A DNA stretch of 63,876 nucleotides, counting the filler, from Octopus bimaculoides (Eukaryota), in assembly GCF_001194135.2 (NCBI RefSeq). It is 4 parts of 4 records of this genome, joined end to end, with 100 filler letters (N's around TTAATTAATTAA, not from the genome) between each part and the next. Parts side by side here need not be neighbours in the genome. Positions count along the whole stretch, not along the records: positions 35,553 to 53,713 come from NC_068987.1; positions 53,814 to 63,876 come from NC_068983.1; 2 more parts are not named here. One strand, 5' to 3'. This document shows, piece after piece, positions 50,420 through 63,040 of the stretch; positions within the stretch are counted from its first letter, which is position 1, and each line of letters starts with the position of its first letter. The translations under genes and the position numbers were made by a program. The notes beneath the pieces are model-generated. The model searched no databases. It worked only from the letters and a program-made list of their open reading frames with translations, and had not been told where the DNA came from.

Positions 50420-51230
50420 AGTCAGGCTTCAAATAAATGTCTTCATTATCTCTACGAACGACAACGGCGGAGGAAAGCAGGTCCTCAATTGTTGCTTGAA
50501 AATATACCAGAAATGTTCGATTGCATTGCATTCCAGCTAAAGCGGGAGCCAATCCAAGTAATCTACTGTCAACCGGTATTGGTTACTATTGTGCTTTTCG
50601 TATCAATTTTGAATAACATTCAATTTGTGATTGGTGCCTCGACATCCTAGCTGATTGTACTGCCATCAAGTAACAACAAGTTTTGTACTATAGAATCTAT
50701 ATGATCAGCCAAAACAATCAGATATACTTTGGCGTCAACTCTGACGTAGAGGAGTGCTAAAGGATCAAGAGAAGTATGTGAGATTGCTGCTCAAATCACC
50801 CCAGAAACAGTTACATGTTTTACGGAAGAAGCAAAATGGTCTGTCACGAAGGTTTCTTTGGCTGTTTCCAGACATAAAATTGTCTCGAAAACGCTAAAAG
50901 GTGAATGAATAATCAGCAGAGATGACATTGTTTCATGTTGTCTTATTTCCCTTCTAATTGTGTGGACACTATATTTCGACTTATAACTGTTTCTAGAGAC
51001 TATGATAATTGTTATCAAAGCTTATGACGCTTACGCCGAGCTGTTTTTGTTAATACATTGTTCGCAGGTGGCAGTATCATTTGTGAGTACATGAGTTTAT
51101 ACGCTAACTCAGTCGTGTTTTGTACTCGGATAGTGCAATAAGTAGACAGGATCGTAGAGTGTAACATGCATGAGCAGGAAATCATTCTGAAGATGGCTAC
51201 TCCGTAAAGAAATGCGAGAAATATCCAGAA
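50420..51230 (-). mobile_element. Decayed Tc1-like transposase
   Basis: Minus strand frames give DPLALLYVRVDAKVYLIVLADH...DGSTISQD.EAPI and LDWLP..LECNAIEHFWYIFKQQLRTCFPPP (decayed DD34E region). Confidence 0.7.
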
Positions 51231-51539
51231 AAGAAAACGATAAAAAAACAAGATGAAAACATCAATAAACTTTTAAAGGAAAGGTCTCTCAATGTCATGT
51301 CATATCAACCCGTTGAATAAAGAATATTGTTAATGCTGAGTGTTTATGTCTAAGAAAGCAAACACTATCGCAGTTGGGTTTAGCCAAAGGGGCATGGCTA
51401 AAGTGCCAGATACTCTGCGTGTAATCAGGTGAGGGGGTGACTTCTAGTTCGATAAGAGGAACATGTTCACATAAATAAATCGAGTGAAAATTTCTGGTTT
51501 CAAGTTTAGGAATTCGTTGAATTCATCGTTCTTATAAAG

Positions 51540-51900
51540 ACGTGTGTTCATTCAGCACTTACCTGATTCGTTAAAGTATAGGCTAGTGCAGTCCACGATG
51601 TTCCATTTGTTGATGGGTGGTGTACTAATGTTCCTCATATTCAAGATTTGGCTTAGTATCTTAGTGCATTTGTTTTTGTCTAAATGCTATAAAGAAGTCT
51701 AGAGATTGGCATATCATGTTTTGAAATCAATTACGCACAGTCCAGTACATTTTCTTCGGTTGCTTTATTTAGTGAAACAGACATGACTTGGGTTTCGTAG
51801 AGGACGGAGATAAGTAGGCATATCTAGTGAGCAAGTACTTTTGTAGTTTCAAGTGGGCATGTAGGTTGGCTTATATTTTTCATATTAAGGCCACAGCTGT
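51540..51900 (-). mobile_element. Possible RTE-like LINE C-terminal remnant
   Basis: LISVLYETQV...LNKATEENVLDC resembles the RTE LLYGSETWTL..A.EKKLDGC motif. Confidence 0.35.
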
Positions 51901-53680
51901 GGCTGGTTTACATTTTTCACGTTAAGGCAACAGCTGTAAAAAAAAAAACTTTCACAAGACATTTATTGAAAATTTTCTTTATATTTTTAAAGTGACTATC
52001 CTTTAATGATAATATACCTACTATATTTTAACCATTAACAGTAGGATGCCAACTTCAGAAATTTTGATTATTATTAAATTAATTTTGCTCTCAAACTCCC
52101 TGTTAATATACATGTTATCTGCTAAGTCAATTAACAGGCCTACCCCTTTATATATTCTATTTAGTCATCTCCTGAAGTTGTATGCCAGCGTTATTTGGCA
52201 TTTATGGCAAAGATACATGGATAGCATTAGTGTTCATGGGTTACAATATTATCCTTAACTTAAACTGCACCATGAATCTATTTCAAAAATGCTTAAAGTT
52301 AATCTGCATTAATTATATCCACAAATGTGAATGGTATTTTTATTGTTAATGTAATGTAATCAGGATCAGAGCATTAGCAAATCAGATAAATAATTGCACT
52401 AACACACGATCGACAACAATAAGAAATGCACATTTAATTTTTTCTTTTTTATTTGTAGTTCAGCCAAATGAGGAATAACAACGCTCATGGCTTTTGCATT
52501 GTCCCTATTACAGGTGGGCAAAATCTGAAACAAAACGAAATGTTTCATATGCTATCAAGAAGGATCGCCATTGAATAGGATACATATCCTCAAATAAGAA
52601 ACTGATGATTCCGCCCAATTCTATGCAACAATCTAAACTCATTTAAAGTACCAAATACTATGTTGTAATGTGAAACCAGACGACAGATTATGTACACAAC
52701 TTATAAAATTGGTATGATTTCCCTCGAACAATTCTAGTGTTGCTAAGTGTCTCTGGAGCATACCATTTCGAAGTTATGGGAAAATACAAGCAATGTGAAG
52801 TTGGATTTCACTCAGTAAAGTTTTGAAAATAAAAAGAATGTAAAAGAGAAATTTTGAAAATAATGATAGAGAAAAAAAAATTCATAGCAGATCCTACGAA
52901 ACACCATTGCTTGGCTGACTGTTATGCCTCTTAAACTTGTATGAGCTAAGTATAAACTGCAGTAAAAGTGTGTGGTCAGAAAGTAGGGAGAGATACACAA
53001 AGAGATTAAGAATGCACAGATAATACAAGCAGATAGATACATCGATTGATATTCATTGCAAAACAAATCATGCAGTAACGAAGGCTTTTGCATCGTTGAA
53101 ATACCAGCTTTGAAAGTACACGCTAAGAATCCCTTTCGAAAAATATAAACAAAAGCACATTCACTCATACATACACACATGCACAAAGGCAGAAAATGCA
53201 AAAACTACCTGCATCCTTCACCAAATAGCAAGATAAGAATAAAAAGGAATATCAATATTTAAAGAAAATTTTATAGCTTTATTTTTATTGTCAATTTATG
53301 GGGTTTATATATCTTTTTATTCTTTGTATTCTCGAAATTTGAAAATCAACACAGAAAATATCTTATAAGAAGAAGAAAAGAGTTTTGAACTACAAGTGGA
53401 ATTTGCAAAATGGAGTAGAATAAAATATATGATTTTTCATCTTTACATCTCAGTGAATCTGTGGAAGCATCTATTTTTGCATAGAATTGTTTATTAATGT
53501 CTTCTACGTTCCTCCGAGAATTGGCATCGACAGGTAGAATAATAACGACCACTACTTAAGAATCCTGGAAGTCACAGTCAAACTTTTCATTAAGAATCTG
53601 TCTTCATCTTTCTGGCTGTCTATCTGTATACGTGTGTTTGTATGAGTGCGTGTGTGTATGTATGTTTGTATGTATGAATA

Positions 53681-53713
<33 letters not shown>

Positions 53714-53813
53714 NNNNNNNNNNNNNNNNNNNNNNNNNNNNNNNNNNNNNNNNNNNNTTAATTAATTAANNNNNNNNNNNNNNNNNNNNNNNNNNNNNNN
53801 NNNNNNNNNNNNN
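53714..53813. other. Artificial scaffold spacer
   Basis: 44 N + TTAATTAATTAA + 44 N. Confidence 0.95.
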
Positions 53814-53884
53814 TTGTTACAGGGATATCATTTACGATTCAGTGGAGTTGAGGAAAAAGTAAAAGTAATGCATTGTTTTGCGCG

Positions 53885-53975
53885 GGAATAAAACGCACCC
53901 CCGCTCAGGGAATCGAAACCCCGATCTAGCAATCATGAGTGCAACACACCTTATCATTCGGCCACGCGCAAGCTT
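53885..53975 (-). mobile_element. tRNA-like SINE head fragment
   Basis: Minus strand gcgtggccgaatgataagg...gggtttcgattccctga (A/B boxes). Confidence 0.6.
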
Positions 53976-55168
53976 CGCGGTTTGTTTCTGAGAAACTAAT
54001 TACTATTTCAAATGAGAGGGTATGTTATAGACGTTACAGTAAGTTATTACTGGGTTTCGCTAATACGATTGGAAAACATAAGAACATTACATTATTTCAC
54101 CCACAAAGCAACGTCTGACTTCCTGAGTAGCAAATGACTAAGGAAATAATGCTATTTTGATTTACAACCACTTCACTTGTGTTTGTAAAATAATTCATTC
54201 ATTGCGTGTTTACTTTCATGTATCGGTGATATAATTAAACACCACAGCAATACAAGTGTTTGTCTCATGACCAAGGTCATCAGGAGGACGGCAACTCTAA
54301 ACTACAAGCTAGTAATGAACGTTTATTCGTTTTACTCTATACCAGATGAACAAAAGAACTGTACCTATTTACAGTAAAATAGGGCAACTCAGCGAAAATT
54401 ACGTTTATTTTCCATGGGTCGATTCAGCAAGGTGATTCCAAATGAATAAACATCTGTGTTGGTTTAACACAATACTCACGGTATCTAGTGAGTAAAGGCG
54501 CATTGCCCACTGGTTAAAGTGTTCGGTTAACGAGCATAATGCCGTTAGTTCAGTTCCTAGTTAGGGAAGCATTTCTTTTTCCGTTGTACAACCATACTCA
54601 GCTGAAAATGAGTATCATGCAAATGCTGATGCAGCGTTGTCACTTCTAAGTTTTCATATCCTGGGTTTGTCGTCGCTGTATAAGAGAGTGGAGGTGATGC
54701 CTATGTTAGCTCGTGACTACAGAGGCACCTAATACGATTAGTGAAAAGTATGGTACAAGCTATACAAAGCCATACGCGTTTGCGAGTAATGGCTGAGGCC
54801 TTAATGGTATTCCATATCATTTATCTTTTCTCTTTTCTTTACTTGCTTCAGTCATTGGGCCGCGGACATATTGGGACACCACCTTGGAGGTTTGATCGAA
54901 CAGCTCGCCCCCATGTTTTTTGAAAAGTCTCTTTTGCCGACCCACTTTTATATATATTTTCTTTTTCTTATTTTCAGTCATTGCACTTCGGCCATGCTGG
55001 AGTTCCACCTTCAACTTTCTTTTTCTAAGTCGATCACATTGTTCCCAAATGATTATTTTGGTCTGATGCAGATTTTATTGCTTTCTATTTGTGATCACTA
55101 AGTTATCTTTTTCACATACAGACATGAAACTCAATATATCAGTTTCCATTAGAACAAAATAAGCATAA

Positions 55169-55210
<42 letters not shown>

Positions 55211-55814
55211 TTATAGAAGGCAAAGAAGTCGAACGTTTGAAGTCATTCTCATCCTTTTCTCCGAATAAAGTTTAATAAATATGTACTCTAATAAAATGTA
55301 TTGAGTATTGAGTAATTTAATATTAAACTGTCGGTTTAATATATATATAATGATATAAAAAAAACAAACATTAATATATACACACACACACACAACACAC
55401 ACACACACACACACACACAACACACACACACACACACACATATATGTATATAAGTATACGCGAATAAGTTTGCAAAATTAAGAAACGCACTCAATTCATA
55501 TGTATATATGCATAGATACATGCACGTATATTTGTGTTCCTCTTTCGGTGAAATGTGTAAACGTTGGCAATAGAAGCGATAAACCTGTGCTTTCGAACAA
55601 ACATTTCATACATGATATGTGCTCTGTCCTAGTTGCAATAACCGCCTATTGTCACTCTTATAATCATAAAGTGAATCAATGATTAGGTCATTAATCACAA
55701 AATTCAAACAGCAAAAAAAAGTCAGTCAACTTAATACAACTTACCACATAGTGATTGAAATGCAAGACCAATAATATTTTGTTTCTGATTTAGACATAAT
55801 TCTTTCATTCTTTC

Positions 55815-56230
55815 AATTTGTTTTAGTGAATTGACTGCAGCCATGCTGGAGCACCGTCTTTATTCGAACAAATCGACCCCCAGGACTTATTCTTTGTCTA
55901 GTACTTATTCTATCGGTATATTTTGCCGAACCGCTAAGTTACGGGGACGTAAACACACTTACATCGGTTGTCAAGCGATGGTAAGTGGGTGGAGACAAAC
56001 ACAGACACACATATACATACATACATGCATGCATACATACAAATACACATATATATATATATGTACACGATGGGCTTCTTTCAGTTTCGTTCTACCAAAT
56101 CCACTCATAGGTCTTTGGTCGGCCCGAGGCTATAGTAGAAGACACTTGCTCGAGGTGCCACGCAGTGGAAGTGAACCCGGAACCATGTGGTTGGTAAACA
56201 AACTACTTACCTCACAGCCACTCCTGCACC
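55815..56230 (-). mobile_element. Complete composite SINE (A head, internal TA/CA microsatellite, C tail)
   Basis: Head 56065-56230, microsatellite 55995-56062, tail 55815-55990 (ttgactgcagccatgctggagcacc...ccgctaagttacggggacgtaaac). Confidence 0.88.
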
Positions 56231-56469
56231 AACAATTTGAGAGAGTGGTGGTGGTGAGGTCTAGTTGACTACATCGATTCAAGCACTTGACTATTACTTT
56301 GTGTTACCGATCCGGAAAATAGGAAAAACCCAGCTGATTCCAACACGGTTTGAAATCAGATTGCAAAGATCCGTAACACACAACGCAAAGTAATTTTTCC
56401 AATTTTTCCAACTCTCTAACGATTCTGCCAATCCACCGCCCTTACAGCAATATTACTTTCAAATTATGA

Positions 56470-56670
56470 TACGAGGCTAGCAATATTGGGAGTGGGATAA
56501 GTCGATTACATGGACCTTAATACTCAACTTGTACTTATTTTATTGACTCCAAAAATATGAAAGGCAAAGTCGAACTCGGCAGAATTCGAATTCTGAATGT
56601 CAAGACGGATGAAATACCGCTAAGAAATTTGTACGGTCTGCTAGCGATTCTGCCAATTCGCCGCTTTTAA
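56470..56670 (-). mobile_element. tRNA-derived SINE (family B)
   Basis: Reverse complement of family B motifs. Confidence 0.8.
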
Positions 56671-56865
56671 TCACAGTAATGTTGATAATGATGTTGATAT
56701 GAAGAGCTGAAATCCATCTCCGTTTACTTTATTAATTAATGACCAGCGTCTTTTCGATTTTTTTTTTCTTATCAGTATATAGCTTGGATGTTAACTGCAA
56801 CATTGTGGGGCAATACGGAAATGACTCGTTTTAGCAAAAGTTATTTTAAACAAATAATATAATTC

Positions 56866-57394
56866 AAACAAGAGCACTGAGANNNNNNNNNNNNNNNNNN
56901 NNNNNNNNNNNNNNNNNNNNNNNNNNNNNNNNNNNNNNNNNNNNNNNNNNNNNNNNNNNNNNNNNNNNNNNNNNNNNNNNNNNNNNNNNNNNNNNNNNNN
57001 NNNNNNNNNNNNNNNNNNNNNNNNNNNNNNNNNNNNNNNNNNNNNNNNNNNNNNNNNNNNNNNNNNNNATCCTCTCAACGATTAGCCGGAGATTATTTTT
57101 AAAAGGAGAATATCTGAAATAAATTTGACTGCTCTCACAAACGAGAATACTAAAAATGAACCTGATTGCTCTCAAAAATTAGGTAAAAAAAAAACCCGGA
57201 AAAATAATCTAGAATCCTTGTCCGGAACCGAATTGATCCCCAAATCTAATCAGTTTGTGCCAGTCATGGGGCCAAACATTTCTGGAAGTTTCATCCGAAT
57301 CCATCCAGCGGTTCTTAAGATATCTTGTTCACAGACAAACAAACAAAGAAACAAAAACGACTGAAAACAATACCTTCGCTAAGGTGGAGGTAAT
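56866..57394 (+). mobile_element. Non-autonomous Helitron/Helentron-associated element (HINE/DINE-like), spanning a gap
   Basis: 3' hairpin ACCTTCGC-TAAG-GTGGAGGT (57372-57391) preceded by (CAAA)n and aagtttcatccgaatccatcc; architecture typical of HINEs. Confidence 0.6.
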
Positions 57395-59835
57395 AATAGG
57401 AAGAAGATAGAAATGCAATTTCAATATTCGATCGTTACTATAATGTGTGTATTTGGTCCCAGAAATCGTATATCATAACTTTGAAACTTTGTGAAAACTA
57501 TTAAGGCTATTTAAACATTTGATAACCTTCAAGGTACATGAATGCAAATTATTTGAAATTGAAATTATAACTAAAATAGCCGTTAAATTCTACGGTGCGG
57601 ATACATTAGAGTGTAAATAAATATTCATTAATCATATGCTGTTAGCAACTCAACGACATTCGTAATTATTTGCAAGATAACCAAATTTGATGTAATTATA
57701 TTTGGTGGTTTAAGGAAATAAAATCTGGCGGTTTACTAGAATAGACATGAAACTACGTTAGAATAATTAGATGATGGCTTTAATTACTTTTCCTTTCTCT
57801 CGAAACATTCATATTTATAATTGTTGGTTGTGCACTCACTTTAGGTTTAAGCATTATATGACCATTTTATGATTAATTTCAGAACGCTAAAGTGGTTTTA
57901 AGAATTATTTGAATACCTTATTCCGAGAATAATTTCATACCCAAGATATCATGAATTATTTGGAGTTGAAAGGCTTTTTTTTTTTAATTATAAAATTATT
58001 TTTCTAATTAGATAGGCGTAAGTTATAAATCTTAAACATTGCTATGATTTGCACTTTGTTTCACTGCAAACATTAAGTATCATTTCATTTATTAAATTAG
58101 AACCAGAATTTTGACAGTGAACTTGTAAACGTCCTATACTATTCTGTCAAGAGTTCATATACTTACTTATTTTCCTTGCATTTCATTTTTAATTTTCTAA
58201 CGTAATAAATGCATTCCAAATTTATTTGTAGAGTCAAGAAGAAGAGACAGTGGTCACGACCTTTAAGGGCACTCCGAGAAAAGTGACATTAATGCCGTTG
58301 ACATTAATTGCATTTTTACACAAGTATCAAGAAGGGTTTCACAAATATTTTGTCTCACGCCAAACATCAATTAAAAAAAAAGGACGTCCACGTCATGAAA
58401 AGAAAACACGCACGCAGAAACACACACATACATACAAACATTTATATTTACATGTATATTTAATAGAAATTGTAATTAAAACTTACTGCACGTTTATGAA
58501 ACTTAATACTAACTTAACAATTCTGACGCCCCACCTTCAGAAACTGGTTTACAACAACACTTGTATAACTGAGTATTATAGCTATCTAAAAATCTGACAA
58601 CCACTGCATCCACACGATAAATATGGCTAGAAAGCGTTTGGTCCAGGGACGTGCCGCCGGGGTAGGAAAGGTAGGTAGTGCCTATCCGGAATAAAATAGA
58701 TCGAGTGTAAACTTTTCATTTTATGGCAAAATATGCACCTAATTCAATAAAATGATGAAGGTTACTCTGATTATTATGGATAAAATGCAAAATATTTTCT
58801 TTTTCTTTGTAGATTAGGTAGGCATAATTCATCCCTGCTTTTCAATCTCAGTATTGAAGCTACGCATAGTACTGCTGTAGTACACGTGCTGCGTACATTC
58901 CCACAACAACGTTTTCTTTTTTACGTGTTTTAAAGGCAGAAGTAAATCTTCCGCTCGGGAAGTAAATCTTCCGCTCNNNNNNNNNNNNNNNNNNNNNNNN
59001 NNNNNNNNNNNNNNNNNNNNNNNNNNNNNNNNNNNNNNNNNNNNNNNNNNNNNNNNNNNNNNNNNNNNNNNNNNNNNNNNNNNNNNNNNNNNNNNNNNNN
59101 NNNNNNNNNNNNNNNNNNNNNNNNNNNNNNNNNNNNNNNNNNNNNNNNNNNNNNNNNNNNNNNNNNNNNNNNNNNNNNNNNNNNNNNNNNNNNNNNNNNN
59201 NNNNNNNNNNNNNNNNNNNNNNNNNNNNNNNNNNNNNNNNNNNNNNNNNNNNNNNNNNNNNNNNNNNNNNNNNNNNNNNNNNNNNNNNNNNNNNNNNNNN
59301 NNNNNNNNNNNNNNNNNNNNNNNNNNNNNNNNNNNNNNNNNNNNNNNNNNNNNNNNNNNNNNNNNNNNNNNNNNNNNNNNNNNNNNNNNNNNNNNNNNNN
59401 NNNNNNNNNNNNNNNNNNNNNNNNNNNNNNNNNNNNNNNNNNNNNNNNNNNNNNNNNNNNNNNNNNNNNNNNNNNNNNNNNNNNNNNNNNNNNNNNNNNN
59501 NNNNNNNNNNNNNNNNNNNNNNNNNNNNNNNNNNNNNNNNNNNNNNNNNNNNNNNNNNNNNNNNNNNNNNNNNNNNNNNNNNNNNNNNNNNNNNNNNNNN
59601 NNNNNNNNNNNNNNNNNNNNNNNNNNNNNNNNNNNNNNNNNNNNNNNNNNNNNNNNNNNNNNNNNNNNNNNNNNNNNNNNNNNNNNNNNNNNNNNNNNNN
59701 NNNNNNNNNNNNNNNNNNNNNNNNNNNNNNNNNNNNNNNNNNNNNNNNNNNNNNNNNNNNNNNNNNNNNNNNNNNNNNNNNNNNNNNNNNNNNNNNNNNN
59801 NNNNNNNNNNNNNNNNNNNNNNNNNNNNNNNNNNN

Positions 59836-59879
<44 letters not shown>

Positions 59880-59914
59880 GCTGTCTGGTGAGACGCTTGT
59901 TTCCTGAACACATG

Positions 59915-60060
59915 ACTACGAGTGCAGTCCCAAAGCGTTACAGATTGTGCAAGTGTCTTCTACTATAGCCTCAGGGCGACGAAAACCTTGTGAGTAGATT
60001 TGTAGACGGAAACTGGAAGAAGACCGTCGTATGTATGTATGTATGTAAGTGTTTGTGTGT
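59915..60060 (+). mobile_element. Family A SINE, partial
   Basis: gcaagtgtcttctactatagcctc...gtgagtagatttgtagacggaaactggaagaagaccgtcgta followed by a microsatellite. Confidence 0.8.
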
Positions 60061-60388
60061 GTGTGCATAAATCTATATCTGTGTGTGTGTGTGTGTATAT
60101 ATGTTGACCTTTTATAGTTTATGAGCTTCAGCCAGAAGCCGGGGCGGTGCTGGAGCACTGCCTTTCAATGTGTTTAGGTACTTCTTGCGCACATGTTTTG
60201 GTGAAGAATAGTGTTGGTCGGAGCTGCTCTTCTCTTTGCCTCCTGCCGCGGTGTGGTTGTATCTGGGATTTCAGATACAAAGTTGTCCAGACGCTCTTAG
60301 ATAATCTCATGTATTCACACACATATGTATTCATATATATATTCATGTATTAACTGTATATACGTATATATCATATCATATCATATCA

Positions 60389-60467
<79 letters not shown>

Positions 60468-60484
60468 ATACATGTATATACGTA

Positions 60485-61290
60485 CGAGGTCTGATCAATA
60501 AGTATCTGGACTGTTGCCATAGAAACGAAGTTAAAACAGATGGAGTAAAGACGCTTGGTCCAGATTGACCTTGAACACTGTTGTGCATGCACACTAACTT
60601 TTGATGTTCTAACGTCCGCTGTTTACAGCAGTGCTTCGAAAGAACTTGTGTAGCATTTCATCGTCGCATTGACGAAACCAGAGAAAGTCGTCAAATGCGA
60701 TAACTGCTCAGAGGCCTGCGCAAAGTTGCAAAAAGTATATGGAGAGGAGGAGTGTATGAACAGCACACAAGTGTACAAGTGGTTAAAATGTTTCCAAAAT
60801 GGCCGAAAAAATGTCGATATTGACGAGCGTTCTGGGAAACCCGCAACCAGCAGAACTAAGAAAAACATCGCAGATGTGCATGCATTTGTGAGGGGAAATC
60901 GTCACACCACCATCGGTGAGTTATCAGAAGATTACTTACGGTCAGTCCAGTGCATTATCACTGAAGATGTGGGTATGAGACGCCAAGTTTGTGTCAAATC
61001 TACTTTCGGCAGACCAAAATGGCCTTCGGGTTTCAGTTGCATAAGACATCTTTGATTATGTCGTGAACGATGAAAACTTCTTGGAAACTTTGCTTAGGCC
61101 TTTGAGCAGATATCACTAAGGGTTTGGCAAAAAAATGATGCAGATTCTCTGCTCAACTTTCTCTATCGTGGTCAATGAAACGATATCACGCTACACACCT
61201 TCCGTCAAAGAACTGCTGTAAACAGAACGAATAGGGCTAGAACGTTAAAAATTAGTGTGCCTGCACTGCAGAGTTCAATGTCAGTCTGCA
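60485..61290 (+). mobile_element. Internally deleted mariner-like element with long inverted ends
   Basis: TA|cgaggtctgatcaataagtat TIR; ORF 60669..61055 LQKVYGEE...VYKWLKCFQNGRKNVDIDERSGKP (mariner HTH); 61210-61290 is the inverted copy of about 60560-60635. Confidence 0.85.
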
Positions 61291-61292
61291 TA

Positions 61293-61795
61293 TATACGAC
61301 GGNNNNNNNNNNNNNNNNNNNNNNNNNNNNNNNNNNNNNNNNNNNNNNNNNNNNNNNNNNNNNNNNNNNNNNNNNNNNNNNNNNNNNNNNNNNNNNNNNN
61401 NNNNNNNNNNNNNNNNNNNNNNNNNNNNNNNNNNNNNNNNNNNNNNNNNNNNNNNNNNNNNNNNNNNNNNNNNNNNNNNNNNNNNNNNNNNNNNNNNNNN
61501 NNNNNNNNNNNNNNNNNNNNNNNNNNNNNNNNNNNNNNNNNNNNNNNNNNNNNNNNNNNNNNNNNNNNNNNNNNNNNNNNNNNNNNNNNNNNNNNNNNNN
61601 NNNNNNNNAATCCTGCGCCTATATATGTATATATATATATATATATTTCAGTTTCCATCTGCCAAATCCACTCACAAGGTATTGATAGTTCCGGAAATAT
61701 AGTAGATGACGCTTGCCCAAGGTGCCACTTAGTGGGATTGCATCCGGAACCATGTGGCTGGAAAGCAAGCCTCCTACCACATAGCCATGCTAGTG
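61293..61795 (-). mobile_element. Family A SINE sequence flanking a gap
   Basis: atatatacgacgg before the gap; tttcagtttccatctgccaaatccactcacaagg...ccacatagccatgc after it. Confidence 0.75.
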
Positions 61796-61804
61796 CCTAC
61801 ACAA

Positions 61805-61837
<33 letters not shown>

Positions 61838-61857
61838 TATATATATTTGGATATATA

Positions 61858-61930
61858 CGTGGTCTGATTAATAAGTATCCGGACTTTTGCCATAGTAACG
61901 AAGCTAAAGCACGCAGAGTAAAGCCTGGTC
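61858..61930 (+). mobile_element. Solo TIR of the same mariner family
   Basis: TA|cgtggtctgattaataagtatccggac...gccatagtaacgaagctaaa, same orientation as 60485. Confidence 0.75.
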
Positions 61931-62155
61931 GAGCACTGAGGTCGATGTAATCATTAGACCCCCCCTCCTCCGAAATTGTCGAAATAATGGTAACACCTAG
62001 CATCATAGCATCATAATTTTGAAATATCTATAAAACCGTCAGAAGCTTGTTATTTTTATGTTTTTGTTTTATTATTAGGGTTGAGTAATATGATTTGCTA
62101 AAATTACTGTTTCTTTTCAAATATGATCAGAAAAAGGTAATTAAAATTCATTAAA

Positions 62156-62465
62156 ATGGCACATCTGTCGGACTTTCAAAGAGGTCAAATTGTTGGTGCT
62201 CGTATGGCAGGTGCTAGCGTAAGGAAAATAGCCGAAGTGTTCAAGATGTACTGTCTCGAAAGTAATGGCAGCCTTTGAGAAAGATGGAAAAACCACATCG
62301 AAACAAAACTCCAGAAGAAAGCCAAAACTTTCAGATAGGGACCGCCGGATTCTTACGCAAATTGTTAGAAAGGATCACAAACGTGCAGCTCTTAAAATTA
62401 CTAAAGAGCTTAACGACCACCTCGAGAACCCATTTTCCACAAAAACTGTTCTACGAGAGGCTGCA
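62156..62465 (+). mobile_element. Tc1-like transposase N-terminal fragment
   Basis: MAHLSDFQRGQIVGARMAGASVRKIAEVF...KPKLSDRDRRILTQIVRKDH...ELNDHLENPFSTKTV (paired-like HTH); frameshifted. Confidence 0.85.
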
Positions 62466-62502
62466 CAGGCTTTTACTTTGATACATATATGTATATATAA
62501 AA

Positions 62503-62826
62503 CTGGCACCCCGTCGGTTACGACGACGTGGGTTCCAGCTGATGCGATCAACGAAACAGCTTCCTCGTGAAATTGGCGTGCGAGTGGTTGAGCATTTCAT
62601 AAACACCCTTAACGTAGATTACTGGGAACTTAAGTGTGACACAGAATGTGACAAGGCTGGTCCTTTTTGAAATACAGGTACCACTCATTTTTCCAGCTGG
62701 GTGGACTGGAGCAACGTAAAATAAAATGTCTTGCTCAAAGACACAACACGTCAGCCGTCACCGAGAATTGAACTGGCGACCTTACGATCTTGAGGCAAAT
62801 ACTATAACCACTTAGCCACGCGTCTT
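62503..62826 (-). mobile_element. Chimeric SINE: family E core with family D tail
   Basis: 62503-62680 matches the D tail; 62690-62826 matches the E core and a tRNA head. Confidence 0.8.
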
Positions 62827-62849
62827 CACACACGTACACACACATCGCT

Positions 62850-63025
62850 AGCCACGACACATTCTTTTTTCTCTCCTTGTTTCTTTCCGGGTTCCTTTCT
62901 GTGGAAGAGCGTCGGCTCGAAACCTTAACGTCACTTCCCGAGCGTTGAACTAATACATCTCTTTGTTTTCTACACTACCTGTCTTCGTCGTTTGTATTTT
63001 TGTGAATTCTCCCTCAATATATGTA
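62850..63025 (+). mobile_element. Penelope pseudo-LTR-like fragment with hammerhead-like variant
   Basis: cttt-CTGTGGA-A-GAGC gtcg GCTC-GAAAC-CTT-AAC at 62895-62932. Confidence 0.45.
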
Positions 63026-63040
63026 TGTTTGAAGTGCATG

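Noticed and set aside
52459-52513. Possible short exon (FSQMRNNNAHGFCIVPIT)
   Set aside because: Splice-like signals only; no homology support.
54250-54295. Minus-strand CTGATGA...GTC atga GAC AAAC...GTA
   Set aside because: G12 missing and no stem I; explained by a local atgacc/ggtcat hairpin.
58644-58837. CAGGGA...TCCCTG possible hAT-like MITE ends
   Set aside because: Inverted match is only about 6-7 bp and no 8-bp TSD is evident.
58939-58976. 20-bp direct repeat gaagtaaatcttccgctcgg before a gap
   Set aside because: Only two units at a contig edge; cannot distinguish minisatellite from assembly artefact, and it is not CRISPR-like (no spacers).
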